Positions 56,780 through 64,000 of a stretch of 64,000 nucleotides of DNA are shown here, in pieces. Origin of the DNA: Antechinus flavipes (taxonomy: Eukaryota); NCBI RefSeq assembly GCF_016432865.1, contig NC_067402.1, forward strand, positions 218,922,001 to 218,986,000, given 5' to 3'. The position numbers and the translations under genes are program-made. The notes beneath the pieces were generated by a model that saw only the letters and a program-made list of their open reading frames with translations, did no database searches and was not told the origin of the DNA. Within the stretch, counting starts at the first letter, position 1, and each line of letters starts with the position of its first letter.

Positions 56780-57760
56780 GGGGCAGCGGGCAGCGTAACA
56801 GCGAATTCTTGCCTTCACTTATTTGCATCGGATTCTAGTGTAATTTAACATTCGGGAGTGGAAGTGGGGATTCCGGGGGTGGGGAGCTAGGCGGAGCGAG
56901 CATCTGTTCCTGCTCGTTAAGGACCCACCCCTCTCACTAGAGGAAGGGAAAATGTACAGGAAACTGAATGCCAGATGGCGGGAGCTGCCGGGAGTTGCAA
57001 AGCTGCTCGGGAATTGTAGTTCTAACTTGGCGATTGCACCTAGGACCCTCTCTTCACCTGTCCCTGCTTCTCCGTGCTCGGGCCTCGGCCTCGCCACTCC
57101 CACTCGCCCGCCCTTTGGGCCACGCCTCCGTCTGGGCTGCCGCCTTCCCTTGCCACGCAGGTCCTGCCAGCGGGCGTCGGGGTCCTAAACACTACCATTG
57201 CCGCGAGAACCGTCGAGCTTGGACTGCGAGCCGCACGGCTGCGGCGTCTGTGTTCCCCGGGAGGCTGGGCCCCGCCGGGAGGGCGAACGGGCCACGAGGG
57301 CGAACGGGCCGCGAGGGTGCAGGCGCGGAGTCCTACGACCCCGGCAGTGCGCGGCGCCTAAGACCTCCGGAATAACCCAATCTGCCGCGCTCGGTTCCTA
57401 GGTACGAGCTGCTAAGCTGACGTGGGGGTGACCGGAATTGAGGATAAGCGGGCCGGGCCGAGTCGTGGGGATGCTGGGAGGCGAGCGCAGGCGAGGGGGG
57501 CCCTTGCTCATCCTCGGTCGCTTCTCTCTCCGCAGGCAAACGGAGCTGCGCCGGCCCTGCGCGGATCATGGCGGGCTGCGGGGGGCTGGCCCTGCTCCTG
57601 GCCGCCCTGCTGGGCAGTGCGTGGGCGCGGAGGAGCCAGGACCTGCATTGTGGAGGTAAAGGTCAGGGCGGAGGTGGGGAAGGAGGTCAGGGGCCCTAGG
57701 AGCTTTATTTGCAGCCCAACCTTTTCGGGGGGTCCCGGAGGTTCTCTGCAATTCCGGAGA
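56780..57760 (+). promoter_or_regulatory. CNPY2 CpG-island promoter, probably with a short non-coding first exon
   Basis: CpG-rich; GGGAATTGTAGT (ACTACAATTCCC, ZNF143/THAP11 motif) at 57009-57020; TGACGTGG at 57418-57425; candidate donor CTAG|GTACGA after 57401 and acceptor ctctccgcag| at 57535. Confidence 0.7.
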
Positions 57761-60700
57761 AGCCTGTGGACCCCCTCCTCAAATCATATTTTTTCTTTAA
57801 AAAATTTTTTTTAACATTTTTATTTAAAGTTTTAAATTCCAAGTTCTAGACCTAATCTCTCCCCCCACCCACTCCCACACACACTATCACCACCACCAGG
57901 GTAAGCAATCAGATATAGATTGTACATGTGCAATTGTGTAAAAAAAAAAAAAATCCGCATTAGTCATTTTGTACGAGAAGACTCGAATAAAAGAAAAGAA
58001 AGTGAAAAAAATGTCATGCTTCAGTCTATATTCCATCAATATCAGTTCTTTGGAGGCAGAGAGTATGCTTCATCATTAGTCCTTTGGGATTGTTTTAGAT
58101 TACTGTGTTGCTCAGAATAGCTAAGACATTCACAGTTCTTCATCACACAATATTCTTGTTGCTGTATACAATGTTCTTCTGGTTCTGCTGACTTCACTGT
58201 GCATCAGTTCATGTAAGTCTTTACAGGCATTTCTGATATCATACTGCTTATCATTTCTTTTACCACAGTGATTTTCCATTACAGTCATATACCACAGCTT
58301 GTTTAGCCACTCCCCAATTGGTGGGGGATTTTGATTTTTAATTTTCAATTCTTAGACACCACAAAAAAAAACTGCTATTATTTTATATTTATTGCATATG
58401 TTTGTTTCATATATATATAAACAAATAGGTCCTTTTCTCTTTTTCTGGATGTCTTTGGGATATGAACCTAGCAAGCAGTGGTTTTACTGGATAAAGGGTA
58501 TGCAATTTTATACTCTTTGGGCATAGTTCAAATTTCTCTGCAAAATGTTGGATCAGTTTTTCCAGCATCCAACATTTTCCTTTTTTGTCTTATTAGCTAC
58601 TCTGAAAGTTGTCTTAATTTGCATTTCTCTGATCAATAATGATTTAGAGTATTTTTCATTTGATTATAAAGCTTATTTCTTCTTTTGAAAATTACCTATT
58701 CATATCCTTTGATTTATCAATGGGGAATGATTTATATTTTTATAAATTTGATTCAGTTCTCTGTGTATTTGAAAAATGAGGCCTTTATCAGAGATACTTT
58801 TGCAAACATTTTGCTTTCCTTATAATTTTAGTGTATTAGTTTTGTTTGTGCACAAACTTTAATTTTATATGATCAAATTATCTATTTTTCATTTTGTAAT
58901 GCTCTCTTATCTAATCTGGTCCTAAATTCTTCTCTTATCTATAAATCTGAGAGAGAAAATCATTTCATCCTCTCACAATTTGCTTATGTTATCACCCTTT
59001 ATGTGTAAGCCATGTATCCATTTTGATTTTATCTTGGCAAATGGCCAAGATGGTGAGATGGTGGTCTATATCTACTTTTCTGCCATACAGTTTTTCAGTT
59101 TTCCCAACAGTTTTTTTTTTAATCAAATAATGAGTTTTTGTTCCAAAAGCTTAGAATTTGGTGTTTATTATATGCTAGATTACTATGGTCATTTACTGGA
59201 ATGTAATTGTACAATCTATTCCACTCTATTTCTTAGCCAGTACCAGATTGTTTTGATAATCATCTCTTTATAACACAGCATGAGAAATGGTATGGTTAGA
59301 CCATCTTCTTTCACTTTTTTTCATCGATTGCCTTGATATCTGTGAGCCTTTGTTCGTCCAGATAAATTTTGTTATTATTTTTTCCTAGTTCTGTAAAATA
59401 ATTTTTTGATAATTTGATTGGTATGGCACTAATTGTCATTTTTATCATATTGGCTCAGCCTACCCATTAGCAATTAGTATTTTTCCAATTGTTTAGATCT
59501 AATTTTATTTGTATGAAAAGTTTTATAGTTGTGTTTGTACAGTTAAGCTTTTTTTAATATATAGAATTACATAAGAAAATAATCAATGAAATACAGCTAT
59601 CTAAATTTTTTTTTATCCAACTTCAAGAACCTCTTGTACTCATGTACTCTTTGGGAGTCTGTGAATCCCAGGTTAAAAATCATTGATTTAAATAATCTCT
59701 AAGGTTGCCAATCCTTTATGCTCCTCTGTTCCTCTAATTTCAGCTTGCAGGGCTCTTGTGGATGAACTGGAGTGGGAAATTGCCCAGGTAGATCCCAAGA
59801 AGACCATCCAGATGGGTTCCTTTCGTATTAACCCTGATGGCAGCCAGTCATTTGTGGAGGTAATTTATACTTTGTCTATAATTGAATAGCTTCATTGACT
59901 CTGGGCAGAGCCTGAAGATTTATTCTGGCAGAAGAGGGCTTTGATCTCATTAGGAGTGAATGAAACATTATTGGGGGGGGGGGGAATAAGAAAGAGTTGG
60001 CTATACCTAATAAGGGAGAAGATGGAGTTGGGGGTTTTGACTGCCATGTGTCTTTGTTACAAGCAGATAATCAGCTTCTATTCTGAGAACAGTATATTAT
60101 AAATACACTAGGAGATTAAAAAGGTGCTATCTTATAGTTGGGAAGTTTATAATCTTATTGGAGGAACTAATCAAGTCAGTGGCTGAAAGCACTGAAGATA
60201 ACCTAAGCTATATGTATACATTCTTATATTTGTAAAGCAACATACACTTTGAAATGATTTTATATAATCAAAATATCTCAGATTCTATGTAAGTCTTTGC
60301 CTTGGCAAAAAGGTGCTTGATAAATGTTTGCTGAATTATTTCCACTGTTAGAGCAATAAACAAAAAATACACATTATGTAAACTGGGTCTCAGTACTTAG
60401 GGCATATAGGTAACAATAGTTAATCAGGAAGGCTTTCTGGAGAACATTAATTTTAAATTAAGTTCAGAAGAAAAGGAAGGATGTGAGTTTGGGAAAATAA
60501 CCTCTGTGAATGCACAGAGAGGGGAGGGATTGAGCCTGGCAAAGGATTTTTATGTATTGCTCTCCTAGGTGCCCTATGCCCGCTCAGAAGCACACTTGAC
60601 TGAACTGCTGGAACGGGTTTGTGAACAAATGAAGGAATATGGGGAACAGGCTAACCCTACCACTCATCGAAAGAATTATGTACGCGTAGTGAACCGGGAC

Positions 60701-61447
60701 AAGCAAGTTAGTGAGCTGGACACGGAGGGCATTCGAATTGATGGAGACATCAGAGCCAGCCTCAAGTTTGCGGTGAGGGCAAACAAGCACTGGGAAGTGG
60801 GGTTTCAGGTGTTCTGGGTTGTCTTTATTGCTTTAGTTTCTCTTTTGGAGGTGGGGGCAGAGGCCTCCCCGCAAGCATTCCTCACTTTGACTTGTCCTTT
60901 GGACTTATAGTGTGAGAGCATCGTAGAAGAATATGAGGATGAGCTTATTGAGTTCTTTTCCCGAGAGACTGACAATGTTAAAGACCGACTCTGTAGCAAA
61001 CGTACTGGTGAGTTTTCCCTGTTTTCACCTCACCACATTCTTGACTGTAGCTTAAGAGTTTTTCCTTCCTTGGAGACCTGAACTTCACAATTGCCTCGCT
61101 ATCCTTCAGCTCCACTGTCCACGGCAGTCAGCTCTTATTTGCTTCCCCCAAGTCTCAGTGGCATGTTCCCATCTGGAATAAAGAGATTGGGAGTAGGAGC
61201 AGCGAGGTGGCGCAGTGGATAGAGCACCAGCCCTGAAGTCAGGAGGGCCTGAATTCAGATCTGACCTTGGATACATAACACGTCCTAGCTGTGTGACCCT
61301 GGGCAGGTCACTTAACCCTAACTGCCTCAGGGGGAAAAAAAGAGAGAGAGATTTGGGAGTAGGAATGGTAAGAAGTTTTGGGGGGGATTTAATACTCCAA
61401 AGAATAGTTGGGAAGTGTGTATGCCAGCTTGATGCTAGAATTATTCT

Positions 61448-61504
<57 letters not shown>

Positions 61505-61612
61505 ATGAAATATCTCAGCATAATGGTAGTATCTGTCTGCAAGATTTTATTGTTTATTGTCCCTGCAGATTTATGTGACCATGCCCTGCACATATCTCAT
61601 GATGAGCTGTGA
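57568..61612 (+). CDS. CNPY2: Protein canopy homolog 2 (ER saposin-like protein), 182 aa
   Basis: Exons 57568-57655, 59744-59859, 60569-60772, 60911-61007, 61569-61612 (TGA); 549 nt. MAGCGGLALLLAALLGSAWARRSQDLHCGACRALVDELEWEIAQVDPKKTIQMGSFRINPDG...CESIVEEYEDELIEFFSRE...LCDHALHISHDEL*. Confidence 0.97.
57805..59530 (-). mobile_element. Old L1 (3'UTR and ORF2 C-terminal part) in a CNPY2 intron
   Basis: Poly(T)/3'UTR at the left; minus ORF PPIGEWLNKLWYMTVMENHC...LHELMHSEVSRTRRTLY; similar to 135-1900. Confidence 0.85.
61196..61340 (+). mobile_element. WSINE1-like SINE with TSD
   Basis: ggagcagcgaggtggcgcagtggatagagcaccagccctgaagtcaggagggcctgaattc...cacttaaccctaactgcctcag; TSD AGAGATT(T)GGGAGTA at about 61182-61195 and 61346-61361. 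Confidence 0.88.
61451..61498. repeat. (TG)24 microsatellite
   Basis: Direct reading. Confidence 0.98.
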
Positions 61613-61854
61613 CCCACTGGAGCAGATCTGATGGACCACCCCCTAGGAGGGGAAGAGGGGCTGCAATACCTTTTATATGATGTTTTTACTAAAATGAACC
61701 CCCCCAAAAAAAGGAGAAAAAAAAAACATGGTGCAAACTAAGTTGTGTCTTCCCACCAATCCCTTTTATTAGGTCTGGGAGCCTATAGAAGAGGAACAGA
61801 GAAAGAATTTGGGAATTGGGATAGAATGAACATGTATCTCTCACGAAGAACTGG

Positions 61855-63900
61855 TTTTATTCATTCAGTCATTTCTTGAATGCTTATTCTGTAATGGAGC
61901 CAGCCCCATTATGACCCTAATTTAGGGTATAAAACAAACAATGAAAACTAGAGAGCCAACATTTTACAAACATTACCTACCATGTACTGTATAATGCATC
62001 AGAGAAGCAAGGATTTCTGCCCTTATATTTGAGCAGGCAAGATTAGCTTCTGTTACGTGCATTTTTAATGTAAGTACATGAGTAATATGTGAACTCGGTT
62101 TAGTAACTTCCCATATATGAAGGATTAGGAAAGATTTCATAGAATACATAATAATAAGCTTTAAAAGACAGATAGGATGTTGGTAAGTAAAGGTGAGGAT
62201 CGAGGGACATTCCAGGCATAAAGAAGAGGTTCAGCAAATGTATTTAGGTGGAAAAACATGGAATGTATTTGTGAGGTAGAAGATGATCAGAGACTAAACA
62301 TTTGGAATAGTGGTGAGAAATAACACTGGAAAGATGAATTGGAATCACATTAAGGAGGGTCTTAAAAAACCACTATAGAGACTGTAGATTTTGGTAGGCA
62401 TGAGTGCCAGAAATACTAATCTAGCATTGATGGATAAACTGTGGAGGTGGAAGAAGGAAGGCATGGAAGCACAATAGGAGGCTATTAGCTTAGGTGATAT
62501 ATTGGGGCCAGTGAGAATGGTTAAGAATGGGACTGGACTGGTTGAAAGGAAATTAAAGTATCAGATGTTTGTGGATATTGGGAGAACAGTGATTAAAACA
62601 GTAAGAAAGTAAAAGCATAGGAATGGGAAGTAGGAGGGATTCATTTAGTTTTAGATGTGCTGAGCTCGAGAGTTAAGTGGTACATACAGATGGAAATGAC
62701 AGTCTGCAACTTGGAGAGATCAGGCCCAGGAATGTTTGCTTGTGGGTTGGCTTCTTAGGTAGAGATCCCCAAATGAAAACAGAAGTTCAAGTTCAGCTTT
62801 TGGCAAATGGTTACTCTGTAACAGTGAAAAAGGGAGACAAGGGAATGTGAGAAGGGGACCGTTGCAAACCATCCAGGAAGAAGAACTGGTCGTGGTGTCA
62901 GTGTCTCCACTATGTCACTGTCAATGATGTGTCAGTGTCTCCAGTACTGGAGAGATCAAGAAAGATATAGATTAAGAAAAGGATGAGATCATTGGAGCTC
63001 TTTGAGAATTTGAGTTCATTGGTGAAGATAGAAGCCATGTGGCATGAGGAATCCAAGAGAAGGAAGTAGAGTTAGATTGTGCCTGAAAAGGGAAGAGGTC
63101 AGACATACACAAGACAGAAGCTCCTGGGGATAGTAAATTTCAGTGAAATTGTCTTTTTGGTTCTTTAGAATAGATGAGAACTGAACATCGTATACAGGGA
63201 AGCCAAAAGCTTATGAGAGGGTAATGTGGAAACCTGTAAGAGAGAATATGTAGTTGGATGGAGATTGAAGATGCTGACAGGAAAAGGAGACTGAATGCCA
63301 AAGTGGAGGGGCTAGCCTTGGCTGGAAGGGAAGACGTGTTGCTCTCAGGAGACTCGATTGCATATGAACAAATGGGTGAAGAAGCTATAGAAATGAGGAG
63401 GTGGAAGTTGGCAGTTTGCAAATAGGAACAGTATCCATTTGTTGAACAGAAGGGAGTGGGTAAGTAGTACATAAAAGAACTTCTAAAAAGCAGCTAAAGT
63501 TATTGTAGCAAAGACCTAATGGATGGTGTCTGTACAGTAGGATCTTTTTCATCACCACACTCCTACCAGCAAACAGAAAAAGAAAGAACATGACAGTACA
63601 AATTATACAGGAACAAAAATTAAGATACTCTTTGATGTGAAGTAGGGATAGGAAGGTTTTTTGTAGGAACTGAGACTTAGTCTTGGTCTTAAAGAAATTG
63701 GATATGAATTGTTCTTCTTCCTTACAAGTCAGGATTGATGGCCAATCAAGCAAGTAAATATGTGGAGGTGAAAATAAAGAGACTCACTCGGGTACAAAAA
63801 TCAAATCAGTAAGCATTTATTAAGGGCTGACTACATGCCAGGACATGTGCTAATACAAAAAATATATATACTACCCAAGGAGCTAACATGTCATGGAGAA
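61855..63900 (-). mobile_element. Ancient LINE-2 debris
   Basis: Purine-rich strand with reversed L2 tails (tcattcagtcatttcttgaatgcttattc near 61860; gtaagcatttattaagggctgactacatgccagg near 63810). Confidence 0.45.
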
Positions 63901-64000
63901 GTAACATTTAAATAATCATGGATATCAAGATCTATATATATAACAATCTCAGAAGGACAGCACTTATTGGGAAAAGTGAGGGGGACTTTAAAAGGCTTCT

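Noticed and set aside
61612-64000. Search for the next syntenic gene (CS) and a canonical CNPY2 poly(A) signal
   Set aside because: There is no CpG island or CS exon before the window ends. Only a variant ACTAAA (61688-61693) lies near the CNPY2 stop, which is too weak to call.

Overview
Marsupial genomic DNA, most likely an Australian dasyurid judging by WSINE1-type SINEs, MAR1/MIR and the L1 3' ends. It is syntenic with human 12q13.3, read in reverse. Gene order: TIMELESS (last 7 coding exons, +), a decayed APON-like pseudogene (+), APOF (+), STAT2 (+, 23 coding exons, about 804 aa), IL23A (-, 4 exons, 193 aa), PAN2 (+, 25 coding exons, about 1198 aa) and CNPY2 (+, 5 coding exons, 182 aa, HDEL). 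Exons were mapped by hand from GT-AG sites, phase continuity and remembered human protein sequences; no database search was run. The most notable unannotated features are: an eroded APOF paralogue (probably APON) between TIMELESS and APOF with its own DR1 promoter motif; an L1 with an apparent 3' transduction; two near-identical inverted L1s in STAT2 intron 1; two local inverted duplications; two putative solo LTRs, one inside and one upstream of IL23A; a dense immune-motif cluster upstream of IL23A; and in-frame PAN2-CNPY2 read-through splice options.
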